A DNA stretch of 64,000 nucleotides from an uncultured Verrucomicrobiae bacterium (GTDB taxonomy: Bacteria > Verrucomicrobiota > Verrucomicrobiia > Limisphaerales > UBA8199), in assembly GCA_963809845.1 (NCBI GenBank), contig CAWELO010000003.1:68709-132708 (forward strand). The letters are read 5' to 3'. A program made the position numbers and the translations under genes. The notes beneath the pieces were generated by a model. The model worked only from the letters and a program-made list of their open reading frames with translations, was not told where the DNA came from and ran no database searches. Shown here piece by piece: positions 17,366 through 26,757 of the stretch (position 1 is the first letter of the stretch; the number at the start of each line of letters is the position of its first letter).

Positions 17366-18400
17366 ATGCAGACGCCAAATCCAATGATAAACCGGAGAGA
17401 CTTCATCACGAAAAGTGCGAGTGGCGCCGGGCTGTTGGCGCTCGGCGGCGCTGTGGCAGGAGCCGTTGCCCGCGCCGGCGCTGCGGAAGCTGCACCCAAC
17501 CCATTCTCCTACGATCTCGGGAACCTGGCCAAAACGGATCCGGCGCTCCTGCGCTACGAACAGGTCACCCGCTTTTCCGCAGGGTGCCGGGAGCCCCGGC
17601 GACTGGCCATCGGCCCGGGGGATCGGGTTTACCTCGCGGCTCAAGGCGCGATCCGCATTCTGGGTCGTGAGGGCGAACCGATAAGCGAGATTCCGCTTCG
17701 GGGCTCAGCTCGGTGCGTCGCGGTGGCGGCGGACGGGACGGTTTACGCCGGACTGCGGGATCACATCGAGGTTTTTGATGCCCAGGGGGCGCCCCTCGGC
17801 GCCTGGGAATCTCCGGGAAAACGAACCTGGTTCACAGGACTTGCGCTGGATGCCGAGAATGTTTTCGCCGCGGATTCGGGCAATCGAGTCGTGCTCCGCT
17901 ATGACCAATCGGGACGGGTCCAGGGCCGGATCGGCCAAAGGAACAAGGAGCGAGGTGTTCCGGGGCTCATCGTCCCGAGCCCCTACCTGGACGTGGCGTT
18001 GGGCAAAGACGGCCTGGTCCGGGTAAACAATCCCGGCCGCCATGTGGTCGAGTCCTATACCTTCAACGGCGATCTCGAACTCTCCTGGGGAAAACCTTCC
18101 GGGGCGATCGATGGCTTTTGCGGCTGCTGCAACCCCATTGGGCTGGCCATGCTCCCGGATGGGAAATGTGTCACGTGCGAAAAGGGATTGCCGCGCGTTA
18201 AGGTCCACGCGGCGGATGGCAGCCTGGATTGCGTGGTCGCCGGTCCGGAGTCCTTCGCGGAGAACGCCCAGACCGGCTCCGTTCAGGACCTCTCCGACGG
18301 CGCCATGGGTGGTTTGGATGCGGCGGTCGATTCCGGCGGCAGGATATATATTCTCGATCTGGTGGCTCGCCAGGTCCGCGTCATGCGGAGGAAGGGATAG
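17366..18400 (+). CDS. Tat-signal NHL-repeat-like beta-propeller protein with CGCCNP/CVTC cysteine cluster
   Basis: ORF 17246..18400. The ATG at 17366 gives MQTPNPMINRRDFITKSASGAGLLALGG (Tat signal). It has repeated short blade motifs (DGTVYAG, NRVVLRYD, GRIYILD) and FCGCCNPIGLAMLPDGKCVTCEKG. Confidence 0.75.
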   Translation: MQTPNPMINRRDFITKSASGAGLLALGGAVAGAVARAGAAEAAPNPFSYDLGNLAKTDPALLRYEQVTRFSAGCREPRRLAIGPGDRVYLAAQGAIRILGREGEPISEIPLRGSARCVAVAADGTVYAGLRDHIEVFDAQGAPLGAWESPGKRTWFTGLALDAENVFAADSGNRVVLRYDQSGRVQGRIGQRNKERGVPGLIVPSPYLDVALGKDGLVRVNNPGRHVVESYTFNGDLELSWGKPSGAIDGFCGCCNPIGLAMLPDGKCVTCEKGLPRVKVHAADGSLDCVVAGPESFAENAQTGSVQDLSDGAMGGLDAAVDSGGRIYILDLVARQVRVMRRKG

Positions 18401-18408
18401 GGCGGCCA

Positions 18409-19005
18409 ATGAATACCGAGGAACATGGGGGAAACCAGCCGCAACCCGCCCGCCCGCCTGCCGTGAGCCGCCGCCAGTTTCTGCGGGATGGCGCGCGCGC
18501 GACGGCGCTGACGGGGTTCGGTGGATTGTTGGGGGTCCTGGCCGGCCGCAGCGCGGGGGCGGGAACGGTTTGGCAGATCGATCCTCAGAAGTGCGTCCGT
18601 TGCGGCAACTGTGCCACCCACTGTGTCCTCGAACAATCCGCGGTCAAATGCGTTCACGCCTATGCGATTTGCGGTTATTGCCAGCTTTGCACCGGCTATT
18701 TCGAGCCCGAACCCAACGAGCTGAACACCGGCGCCGAGAATTGCCTTTGCCCCACCGCCGCGATCAAGCGAACGTACGTCGAGGATCCCTACTACGAATA
18801 CACCATCGACGAGCAGTTGTGCATTGGCTGCGCCAAGTGTGTCGAGGGGTGCAACCGCTTCGGCAACGGTTCGCTCTTCCTGCAAATTCGGCACGACCGC
18901 TGCCTGAACTGCAACGAATGTTCGATCGCCAAAGTTTGTGCCGGCGATGCCATCCGCCGGGTGCCGGCCGCTCATCCTTACCTGTTGAAAACGATGAGCC
19001 ACTAA
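18409..19005 (+). CDS. Tat-exported multi-cluster 4Fe-4S ferredoxin (NapG/NosG-like)
   Basis: The ATG at 18409 gives MNTEEHGG...VSRRQFLRDGARA (Tat signal). Cys clusters are CVRCGNCATHC, CGYCQLC, CLCP, CIGCAKCVEGC and CLNCNECSIAKVC. Confidence 0.8.
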   Translation: MNTEEHGGNQPQPARPPAVSRRQFLRDGARATALTGFGGLLGVLAGRSAGAGTVWQIDPQKCVRCGNCATHCVLEQSAVKCVHAYAICGYCQLCTGYFEPEPNELNTGAENCLCPTAAIKRTYVEDPYYEYTIDEQLCIGCAKCVEGCNRFGNGSLFLQIRHDRCLNCNECSIAKVCAGDAIRRVPAAHPYLLKTMSH

Positions 19006-19006
19006 G

Positions 19007-20500
19007 ATGCACCGCCACCCATTAGCAGGAGCAACGTGGAACTGGCCCGGGCCGGATGGCGCAGCGGCTACGGCCGGCACAGGATGTCCAGCGGGACGGA
19101 GCCGGGCGGCCGCACCGTCCCGGCTTCGCGCTCCCCGCCAACCACGGCCTGGTTGGGCGAAGTTGGCCGCAGCCGCGGGCCGCTTTTTGTGCCTGGCGCT
19201 TTTCCTCTGCGCGCCGGCGCTCCTGGCGGACCAGCGCTTTCCGCCTCCCGAATTCGAGACCGGACATCAGGTGCCTTCGCCCGCCACTCCGCCGGCCCGG
19301 GGCCTGGCGTTTCAGTATTTGGATGTGGCCGTTTTAGCCGGCAGTTTAGGTGTTGCGAGCTGGCTGATCTTTAAGAAGCGCTCACGCAATGGCCTGGTGG
19401 CGCTCTCGGTATTTTCGGTGCTTTATTTTGGATTTTACCGCAAGGGGTGCGTTTGTTCGATCGGTTCGGTGCAGAATATCGCCCAGGCGCTGGGCGATCC
19501 CTCCTATGCGGTGCCTTTGGGAGTCATCGCCTTTTTCGTCCTGCCCCTGCTGTTCGCCCTGTTCGCGGGGCGGGCCTTTTGCGCCGGCGTTTGCCCGCAT
19601 GGCGCGCTGCAGGATTTGGTCCTGCTCAAGCCGATGAAACTCCCCGTCGCCCTCGAACAGGCTCTGAGCATCTTCCCCTATGTTTACCTGGGTGCCGGGG
19701 TGCTGTTCGCCGCCACCGGCAGCGCCTTTATCATCTGTGAATACGATCCGTTTATCCCCATTTTCCGGTTGAGCGGGCGGACGGTCATGGTATTGGCCGG
19801 AGCCGCGTTGCTGATCCTGGGAGTATTCATCGGCCGGCCGTACTGCCGATTCCTCTGTCCCTACGGCGCCCTGCTGAAACTGGCTGCTACGGTGGCGAAA
19901 TGGCGTGTCCGCGTGACGCCCGATTTTTGCACGCAATGCCGTCTTTGTGAGGCTTCCTGCCCGTTTGGCGCGATGCGCGAACCCGAAGCAACGCGGCCCG
20001 AACCGCGAGACCTGGCCCAGGATCGGAAGCGGCTTGTCCTGCTGCTGTTCCTGCTGCCGGCGCTCGTGGCCGGCGGCGGCTGGGTAGGATTCAGGTTCAG
20101 CGCGGCCGCCGCCAAGCTGCACCCGACGGTCGGCCTGGCCGAGAGCTTTTTGCGGGCGCAGGGATCGCCGAGAAAGACCGGCGCATTGTCGCCAGATGAC
20201 CTGGCCCTGGAACGGGCGCGGCAGACGCCGAAAGAGATCCTGACGGAAGCTGCGGCCGTTCGACACCGGTTTCGCATCGGTGGCTGGATTTTTGGCGGCT
20301 GGGTGGGGCTGGTCATCGGAGCGAAGCTCATCAGCCTGTCGCCTCATCGCCCCCGGACTGACTACGAACCCGATCGCGGCGATTGCTTTGCCTGCGCGCG
20401 CTGTTTCGAGTATTGCCCGAACGAATTGACCCGACGCGGCGTTCTGCCGCAGTTGCTTTCCGCGGAATCCATCAAACCGCCCCATGCCATCAACCACTGA
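19007..20500 (+). CDS. polytopic membrane 4Fe-4S protein of the NapH/NosH/MauN (CX3CP) family
   Basis: Motifs are GCVCSIG, RAFCAGVCPHGALQD and RPYCRFLCPYGAL, plus CTQCRLCEASCP and CFACARCFEYCP. Multiple TM helices are present. The start lies 1 nt after the ferredoxin stop. Confidence 0.8.
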   Translation: MHRHPLAGATWNWPGPDGAAATAGTGCPAGRSRAAAPSRLRAPRQPRPGWAKLAAAAGRFLCLALFLCAPALLADQRFPPPEFETGHQVPSPATPPARGLAFQYLDVAVLAGSLGVASWLIFKKRSRNGLVALSVFSVLYFGFYRKGCVCSIGSVQNIAQALGDPSYAVPLGVIAFFVLPLLFALFAGRAFCAGVCPHGALQDLVLLKPMKLPVALEQALSIFPYVYLGAGVLFAATGSAFIICEYDPFIPIFRLSGRTVMVLAGAALLILGVFIGRPYCRFLCPYGALLKLAATVAKWRVRVTPDFCTQCRLCEASCPFGAMREPEATRPEPRDLAQDRKRLVLLLFLLPALVAGGGWVGFRFSAAAAKLHPTVGLAESFLRAQGSPRKTGALSPDDLALERARQTPKEILTEAAAVRHRFRIGGWIFGGWVGLVIGAKLISLSPHRPRTDYEPDRGDCFACARCFEYCPNELTRRGVLPQLLSAESIKPPHAINH

Positions 20501-22268
20501 AAATACGGCCCGCGACTCCGCCGCTCACGCCGCCGCACGGCCTTGGCAGGCGACGGCGTGGATCAGTGGCGTCTTCTCGTTGCTAGTCGCGCTGACCCTG
20601 CTGGCCGGAGAGTTGGGCCATTCCCCTGTCCTCACCCTGACCTCCCCGGAAATGCTGGATCTTAAGACGAGTCTCCGCCGCAATCCCGCCGATGAGCCGC
20701 TGAAGAAATCGATCCGGGAGCTGGATTTGAAGCAGCGCCAAAGGTACTTTCGCCAGTTATCACAAATGCATTCTGGCGCTTTACTACTCCTGGCCGGAGT
20801 CGCGGTGTTTATCATCGCCGGCTCCCGTATCTCACGCTTCCGCAAACCACTGCCCATGCCGGGGCCGAAACCCGAGACGGCGGCACGCAATCCGCGCCGC
20901 TCGGCCCGGGCGCGCTGGTCCGTCGCGGCCGGCGGCGCCAGCATCGGCGCATTGCTCTTCGCCATCAGCCTGGGACTGAGCAATGCCGTCCCCGAACAAC
21001 CGGCCGATGTCGATAAACTACTCGGCTCCGGCCCGGCTACCGCCGCCACCGCCACGACGGACGCGGCCTCCGATGCCGAGATGGCACGCAACTGGCCGCG
21101 TTTCCGAGGGCCCGAGGGAGGCGGCGTGGGTTTCTTCACGAACTCACCGGTGCAGTGGGACGCCAAAACCGGCGCCGACATCCTTTGGAAAACCCCCGTG
21201 CCCGCGCCCGGCTTCAACTCTCCCATCGCCTGGGGCAATCGCATCTTTTTCTCCGGTGGAAACGCAACCCGGCGCGAGGTTTTTTGCCTGGACGCAACCA
21301 CAGGCCAGAGCTTGTGGCGTCAGGACGTGAGCAATGTGCCTGGGAGCCCGACACAAGGGGTGGAGGTTCCGGACACCACCGGTTACGCGGCGTGCTCGAT
21401 GGCCACGGATGGCCGGCGGGTGTATGTGATCTTCGCCAACGGAGATATCGCCGCGTTCACGCTCGACGGCAAACCGGTTTGGTCCAAGAGCTTCGGGCCG
21501 CTGAAGAACCCTTATGGTTACGCCACCTCGCTGGCGACTTGGAAGGACCGAGTCATTCTGCAGTTGGACCAGGGTGACGGCGACGATGGCAAATCCAAGC
21601 TCTATGCTCTCGACGGGCGCTCCGGCCAGGTCGTCTGGCAGACGTTACGCAAGGTCGGCAGTTCCTGGGCGACGCCGATCGTCTTCAACGCCGCCGGCAA
21701 GGATCAGATTCTCACCTTGGCTGTCCCGTGGGCGATTTCCTACTCCGCAACCGACGGCGGCGAACTCTGGCGGGTGAATTGCCTCAATGGTGAGATTACA
21801 CCCTCCCCGATCTTCGCCGGGGGGCTGGTCCTGGTGCCCAGCCCGTCGGACCGGTTGCTGGCAATCCGTCCCGATGGCCAGGGGGATGTGACCAAAACCG
21901 GCATCGCCTGGAGTACGGAGGAAAACGTCCCCGACGTGACCAGTCCCGTCAGCAATGGGGAGTTGGTCTTCACCTTGACTACCGGCGGCATGCTGACCTG
22001 TTTCGATGTGAAGGACGGGAAAAAGCTTTGGGACCATGACTTCGACACCGACTGCCATTCCTCGCCCGGCATTGCCGGCGGCCGGGTCTATCTCTTCACG
22101 CAAAAGGGCGGCGCCATCGTGGTTGAAGCCGCGCGCCAGTTTAAAGAAATCTCTCACACCGAAATGGGCGAGGCGTTCCATGCCAGCCCGGTCTTTCTGG
22201 ACGGACGCATTGTCCTTCGCGGAATGACCAACATTTGGTGCCTGGGGCAAAAGCCAGCGGGGAAATGA
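20484..22268 (+). CDS. membrane-anchored PQQ-like beta-propeller repeat protein
   Basis: 594 aa with two N-terminal hydrophobic helices, then NWPRFRGPEGGG and propeller blades. The start overlaps the upstream gene by 17 nt. Confidence 0.8.
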   Translation: MPSTTENTARDSAAHAAARPWQATAWISGVFSLLVALTLLAGELGHSPVLTLTSPEMLDLKTSLRRNPADEPLKKSIRELDLKQRQRYFRQLSQMHSGALLLLAGVAVFIIAGSRISRFRKPLPMPGPKPETAARNPRRSARARWSVAAGGASIGALLFAISLGLSNAVPEQPADVDKLLGSGPATAATATTDAASDAEMARNWPRFRGPEGGGVGFFTNSPVQWDAKTGADILWKTPVPAPGFNSPIAWGNRIFFSGGNATRREVFCLDATTGQSLWRQDVSNVPGSPTQGVEVPDTTGYAACSMATDGRRVYVIFANGDIAAFTLDGKPVWSKSFGPLKNPYGYATSLATWKDRVILQLDQGDGDDGKSKLYALDGRSGQVVWQTLRKVGSSWATPIVFNAAGKDQILTLAVPWAISYSATDGGELWRVNCLNGEITPSPIFAGGLVLVPSPSDRLLAIRPDGQGDVTKTGIAWSTEENVPDVTSPVSNGELVFTLTTGGMLTCFDVKDGKKLWDHDFDTDCHSSPGIAGGRVYLFTQKGGAIVVEAARQFKEISHTEMGEAFHASPVFLDGRIVLRGMTNIWCLGQKPAGK

Positions 22269-22275
22269 GCCTCCG

Positions 22276-24627
22276 ATGCCTGTCGATCTGACATTTGTTG
22301 AAGAAAGCGTGGCTCGCCTGGGGCGCACGCCGGACACGGTCATCCCGCTCCTGCAGGCGCTCCAGGATCACTACGGCTACCTGCCCCACGAAGCCCTCGA
22401 GCGAATCTGCCGCGAAACCGAGATCACCCCCGCTTCCGTCGCGGGGGTTGCTTCCTTTTACGACATGTTCCGGCATAAGCCGGTCGGCAAACATCTGGTC
22501 CGAGTTTGCCGCGGCACCGCCTGCCACGTCACGGGGGCCGAACGCGTCGAGGACGCCTTGCGCCGGTACCTCAAGATCCCGGCCCATGAGGACACCGATC
22601 CCCAGGGAACCTTCACCCTCGAACCGGTGGCTTGCCTCGGTTGTTGTACGTTGGCGCCCGTCGTGCGCATCGGCGAAACCACCCTGGGGTACGCGACCAG
22701 TGAGAAAGCGCCTGGAATGATCCGCGACTTTCTGAAACAGGGCCAAAACCGGCTGGACGCGCCCTCGACGGAAGAACCGCTGCCGCCCGCGAACGGCCTG
22801 GCCCAGATCAACATTGGGCTGGGCTCGTGCTGCATGGCCAAAGGCAGTGATCAGCTCTTTCATGCGCTGCGCCAAAGCGCCGCGCAAACAGGCGCGAGCG
22901 TCTCCATCAAGCGCGTTGGCTGCGTCGGGATGTGTCACCGCACACCCATGGTCGAAGTCATCCAGTCCGGACGGCCCGCCGCGCTTTACGCCGGGCTCGG
23001 TCCCTCGGACGCCCGCGGCCTGGTGCTCCGCCACTTTCGCCCCAAGGGGCTGCGCCGCAAGCTGGCTCGCTTATTCACGCGCGCGGTTGATTCCCTCCTG
23101 CTCGAGGACGGCGAAGAGCGGGTGACGCAGGCGCAGATGGATGTCCGCCAGCCGGAGGTTTCCAGCTTTCTGGGCCGGCAGGTGCATATCGCTACCGAAT
23201 CCTTTGGAAAAATCGATCCGCTGGATCTGGACGAGTACGTCGCCCAGAGCGGCTTCGAGGCCCTGAAACGATGCTTGGGCGCCGCGCTCGCACCGGACGA
23301 GATCATCGCGCAGCTTGAACGCTCCGGCTTGCGCGGCCGCGGCGGCGCGGGTTTCCCCACCGGCAAAAAGTGGCGCGCGGCCCGGCAGCAGCCGGGTGAC
23401 ACCAAATACGTCATCTGTAATGGTGACGAGGGGGATCCCGGCGCCTTCATGGACCGGATGCTCCTCGAGTCGTTCCCGTACCGCATCATCGAAGGGCTGG
23501 CGATTGCCGCCGTTGCGGTCGGCGCCCACGATTGTATTTTTTACATTCGTCACGAATATCCCTTGGCGGTCAAGCGGGTGCGCGCGGCCATCAAGCTCTG
23601 CCAGCAGCGCGGCTGGGTTGGCGAAAGACTGATGGGGACGGATTATCCGCTGCGCTTTGCCATCAAGGAGGGCGCCGGCGCGTTCGTGTGCGGCGAGGAG
23701 ACCGCCCTAATCGCCTCGATTGAAGGCCAGCGCGGCATGCCTCGGTTGCGTCCGCCTTTTCCTGTCGAACAGGGGCTGTGGGGCAAACCGACGCTCATCA
23801 ACAACGTCGAAACCCTGGCCCTGGTGCCCTGGATCCTCCGCCATGGGCCGGAAGCCTTCGCCGCTCACGGCACTGCGAGCAGCAAGGGAACCAAGGTCTT
23901 TGCCCTGGCGGGCAACGTGCAGCGCGGCGGCTTGATCGAAATACCCATGGGCACGACCATCCGCGAAATCATCGAGGAGATCGGCGGCGGCGTGCGGCCC
24001 GGCCGCAAATTCAAGGCGGTCCAAATCGGCGGGCCCTCGGGCGGGTGTGTGCCGGCCCGGCTGGCGGATACGCCGGTGGATTACGAATCGCTCCGCGACG
24101 TGGGGGCCATCATGGGCTCGGGCGGTTTGGTCGTGCTGGACGACAGCTCTTGCATGGTGGATATCGCCCGCTATTTCCTGCAGTTCACCCAAGACCAGTC
24201 TTGCGGCAAATGCACCTTCTGCCGCATCGGCACGCGACGCATGCTGGACATTCTGGATCGCCTTTGCCAAGGCAAAGGCCGGCAGCAGGACCTGTCCGAG
24301 CTGGAACATCTCGCCCACCAGGTGGGCGCCGGGAGCCTTTGCGGCCTCGGCAAAACCGCTCCCAATCCCGTCCTGACCACCCTGCGCTATTTCCGCGACG
24401 AATATGACGCGCACGTCCGGGGTCGATGCCCGGCCGGCAAATGCACCGCGCTGATCAAATATCAAATCCTCGAAAACTGCACCGGGTGCACGCTCTGCGC
24501 CCAAGCGTGCCCCGTCGATGCCGTTCCCATGACGCCCTACGCCCGGCATACGATCGATGCCGCCAAATGCACGCGCTGCGATTCCTGCCGCCAGGTCTGC
24601 CCTCACCACGCCGTCACCGTCGTATGA
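22276..24627 (+). CDS. NuoE-NuoF fusion: NAD(P)H-oxidising FMN/Fe-S flavoprotein (HydB/HndC/StnAB-like)
   Basis: CRGTACHV...CLGCCTLAP is NuoE-type 2Fe-2S. GRGGAGFPTGKKW and GDEGDPGAF are FMN/NADH motifs. DQSCGKCTFCR is the N3 cluster. The C-terminal CTGCTLCAQACP and CTRCDSCRQVCP are 2x 4Fe-4S. Confidence 0.85.
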   Translation: MPVDLTFVEESVARLGRTPDTVIPLLQALQDHYGYLPHEALERICRETEITPASVAGVASFYDMFRHKPVGKHLVRVCRGTACHVTGAERVEDALRRYLKIPAHEDTDPQGTFTLEPVACLGCCTLAPVVRIGETTLGYATSEKAPGMIRDFLKQGQNRLDAPSTEEPLPPANGLAQINIGLGSCCMAKGSDQLFHALRQSAAQTGASVSIKRVGCVGMCHRTPMVEVIQSGRPAALYAGLGPSDARGLVLRHFRPKGLRRKLARLFTRAVDSLLLEDGEERVTQAQMDVRQPEVSSFLGRQVHIATESFGKIDPLDLDEYVAQSGFEALKRCLGAALAPDEIIAQLERSGLRGRGGAGFPTGKKWRAARQQPGDTKYVICNGDEGDPGAFMDRMLLESFPYRIIEGLAIAAVAVGAHDCIFYIRHEYPLAVKRVRAAIKLCQQRGWVGERLMGTDYPLRFAIKEGAGAFVCGEETALIASIEGQRGMPRLRPPFPVEQGLWGKPTLINNVETLALVPWILRHGPEAFAAHGTASSKGTKVFALAGNVQRGGLIEIPMGTTIREIIEEIGGGVRPGRKFKAVQIGGPSGGCVPARLADTPVDYESLRDVGAIMGSGGLVVLDDSSCMVDIARYFLQFTQDQSCGKCTFCRIGTRRMLDILDRLCQGKGRQQDLSELEHLAHQVGAGSLCGLGKTAPNPVLTTLRYFRDEYDAHVRGRCPAGKCTALIKYQILENCTGCTLCAQACPVDAVPMTPYARHTIDAAKCTRCDSCRQVCPHHAVTVV

Positions 24628-24724
24628 TCGTCCGCCGCCCACCCACCGCGCAGCCACCTTCGTCCGGCCCGGTCACTGGTGACCGGGCGCGTCCGGGTTT
24701 GGAACGGGGGATGGCCGATCGTCA

Positions 24725-26356
24725 ATGAGCGCTTTTTCGATCAGCATCGACGGCCGGGAAGTCGAGGTGGCGCCGGGGCAGAGCGTGCTGGACGCGGCGC
24801 GTTCGCTGGGGATCGATATCCCGACGCTGTGTTACCTCGAAGAGTGCGGCCCTTTGAATTCCTGCCTGGTTTGCCTGGTGAAAATCAACGGGCGGTTGTT
24901 GCCCTCGTGCGGGACCAAGGCGCAGCCGGGCATGGTCGTGGAAAGTGAAACCGAGGAGGTCCACGAGGCGCGCAAGACCGCGCTCGAGCTGTTGTTTAGC
25001 GATCATGTGGGCGACTGTCTTTCACCTTGCGACCGCCTCTGTCCGCTGGGGTTGAACATCCCGGTAATGATGCGTCAGATCCAGGCGAACCGGCTGCCGG
25101 CGGCCCTCCTCACGGTTCGCAATGCGTTGCCATTGGCTGGAGTGCTGGGGCGCCTGTGTCATCATCCCTGCGAGCAAGGCTGCCGGCGCGGTTCCTGGGA
25201 TGACCCGGCCGGCATCCGGAACCTCGAACGATTTGTTACGGATTGGGAAAAGGACCGCCCTCAACCCGACACCCTGGGCGCGCCGCCCACGCCAAACGAT
25301 ACCGTCAAGACGGAGCGCGGACCGGGCGCCGCGTCGAACCAGCAATCCGGCGGCAAGACCGCCGTGGTCATCGGCTCGGGCCCGACCGGGCTGGCTGCGG
25401 CTTTTTATCTCGCGCGGCACGGTCACCGGGTGACGGTCGTGGACCGGCACCCGGTGGCGGGCGGAAGCTTGCGCGACCTACCGGAAGCCGATTTACCCGC
25501 CGACGCACTCGCGAATGAACTGCGAGCGCTCGAGCGCTTGGGCATCGAATTCAAACTCGGGGTCGGCTTGGGCGAGCACCTGAGTGTGGACGGCCTCGCG
25601 CGCGGATTCGACGCCATCCTCCTTACCGTCGGCGAACTTAGCCCCGCCGATGCGCTGAAGCTGGGCGTGCCCCTGGCGGGAACCTCCCTCAAGGTGGATC
25701 CCAACACGTGCCAAACGCCCGTGCCTAAAGTCTTTGCCGCCGGCGCGGCGGTGAAACCACTCAAACAACTGATCCGCGCCATGGCCGAAGGCCGCGCCGC
25801 GGCGGAGTGCGTCCACCTCTTTCTCGAAGGGCGCCCGGCACGCCGGCCGGAAAAGCCGTTTTCGAATATCATGGGCCGGCTCGCTCCCGGTGAACTGCGC
25901 CAGTTCCTGGCGGCTTCGAGTCCCGCGGGGAAAGCCACCCCGTGCGACCGGTGCGCGGGGTTGAATCACAAGGAAGCCGTCGGCGAAGCCGCCCGCTGTC
26001 TTCATTGCGATTGCCACTCTTCGGGGAATTGCCTGCTGCAGCATTACGCGCAGGCCTATGGGGCGGATGCCAGCCGCTTCCGCTCGGAGCGGCGCGAGTT
26101 CGAGCAATATCGCCAGCCCGGCGGCATCATCTTCGAACCCGGCAAATGCATCCTTTGCGGCATCTGTGTCAAACTCACCGAGCAGGCGCGCGAACCGCTG
26201 GGGCTGACGTTTATCGGGCGCGGCTTCGAGGTGCGCGTCTCCGCCCCGCTGAATCACTCGATCGAAGAAGGCCTGCAAAGGGTCGCCGACGCGTGCGTGC
26301 GACATTGCCCGACGGGGGCCTTGGTCAAAGCGACTCCGGCCAGCGCTCCGGCCTAA
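24725..26356 (+). CDS. 2Fe-2S (NuoG-N-terminal-like) + GltD/NfnB-like NAD(P)H flavoprotein + C-terminal Cys-rich domain
   Basis: The N-terminus is ISIDGREVEVAPGQSVLDAA...CYLEECGPLNSCLVCLVKING. The dinucleotide fold is KTAVVIGSGPTGLAAAFYLARHGHRVTVVD. The C-terminus has CLHCDC...CILCGICV...CPTGAL. Confidence 0.8.
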   Translation: MSAFSISIDGREVEVAPGQSVLDAARSLGIDIPTLCYLEECGPLNSCLVCLVKINGRLLPSCGTKAQPGMVVESETEEVHEARKTALELLFSDHVGDCLSPCDRLCPLGLNIPVMMRQIQANRLPAALLTVRNALPLAGVLGRLCHHPCEQGCRRGSWDDPAGIRNLERFVTDWEKDRPQPDTLGAPPTPNDTVKTERGPGAASNQQSGGKTAVVIGSGPTGLAAAFYLARHGHRVTVVDRHPVAGGSLRDLPEADLPADALANELRALERLGIEFKLGVGLGEHLSVDGLARGFDAILLTVGELSPADALKLGVPLAGTSLKVDPNTCQTPVPKVFAAGAAVKPLKQLIRAMAEGRAAAECVHLFLEGRPARRPEKPFSNIMGRLAPGELRQFLAASSPAGKATPCDRCAGLNHKEAVGEAARCLHCDCHSSGNCLLQHYAQAYGADASRFRSERREFEQYRQPGGIIFEPGKCILCGICVKLTEQAREPLGLTFIGRGFEVRVSAPLNHSIEEGLQRVADACVRHCPTGALVKATPASAPA

Positions 26357-26484
26357 ACTCGGGCTAATGCCCGGACGCATTGGCGGGCAGGCACGCCCTT
26401 TTCCGCACCGTCTGCGCTGGGGGAAAACTGAACGTCATTGAAAGGTCGATGCCAAAGTGGCACCATATAGACATGGGACAGGCA

Positions 26485-26757
26485 ATGGAAAAGCCTCGCA
26501 CGAGGATTACGGCTCGCGTGACGGATAGTGTGCGAGCCACGCTTGAACAAGCGGCGGAGCTTTTGGGGGCAACGGTCAACCAGTTCGTGGTGCAAATCGC
26601 CTATTTGGAAGCGCAACGCGTGATTGAACGCGAGTCGGTCATCCGGCTTTCTCAGAAAGACGCCCATAAGGTGCTGGCTCTGCTGGACAACCCGCCTAAA
26701 CCCAACCAGCGTCTCAAGGCCGCGGCAAAAGCGTTCAAGGCCACGGTCCGTGCATAA
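26485..26757 (+). CDS. DUF1778 (TacA-type, ribbon-helix-helix) type II antitoxin
   Basis: The ATG at 26485 gives MEKPRTRITARVTDSVRATLEQAAELLGATVNQFVVQIAYLEAQRVIERESVIRLSQKDAHKVLALLDNPPKPN. The length and pattern are typical of DUF1778 antitoxins. Confidence 0.75.
   Translation: MEKPRTRITARVTDSVRATLEQAAELLGATVNQFVVQIAYLEAQRVIERESVIRLSQKDAHKVLALLDNPPKPNQRLKAAAKAFKATVRA

Noticed and set aside
26458-26475. TGGCAC hexamers as sigma-54 -24 elements (also at 1488, 15357, 16835)
   Set aside because: None is followed by a TTGC(A/T) -12 element at the canonical spacing, and two lie inside coding or repeat sequence. I found no supportable sigma-54 promoter despite the activator gene at 26881.
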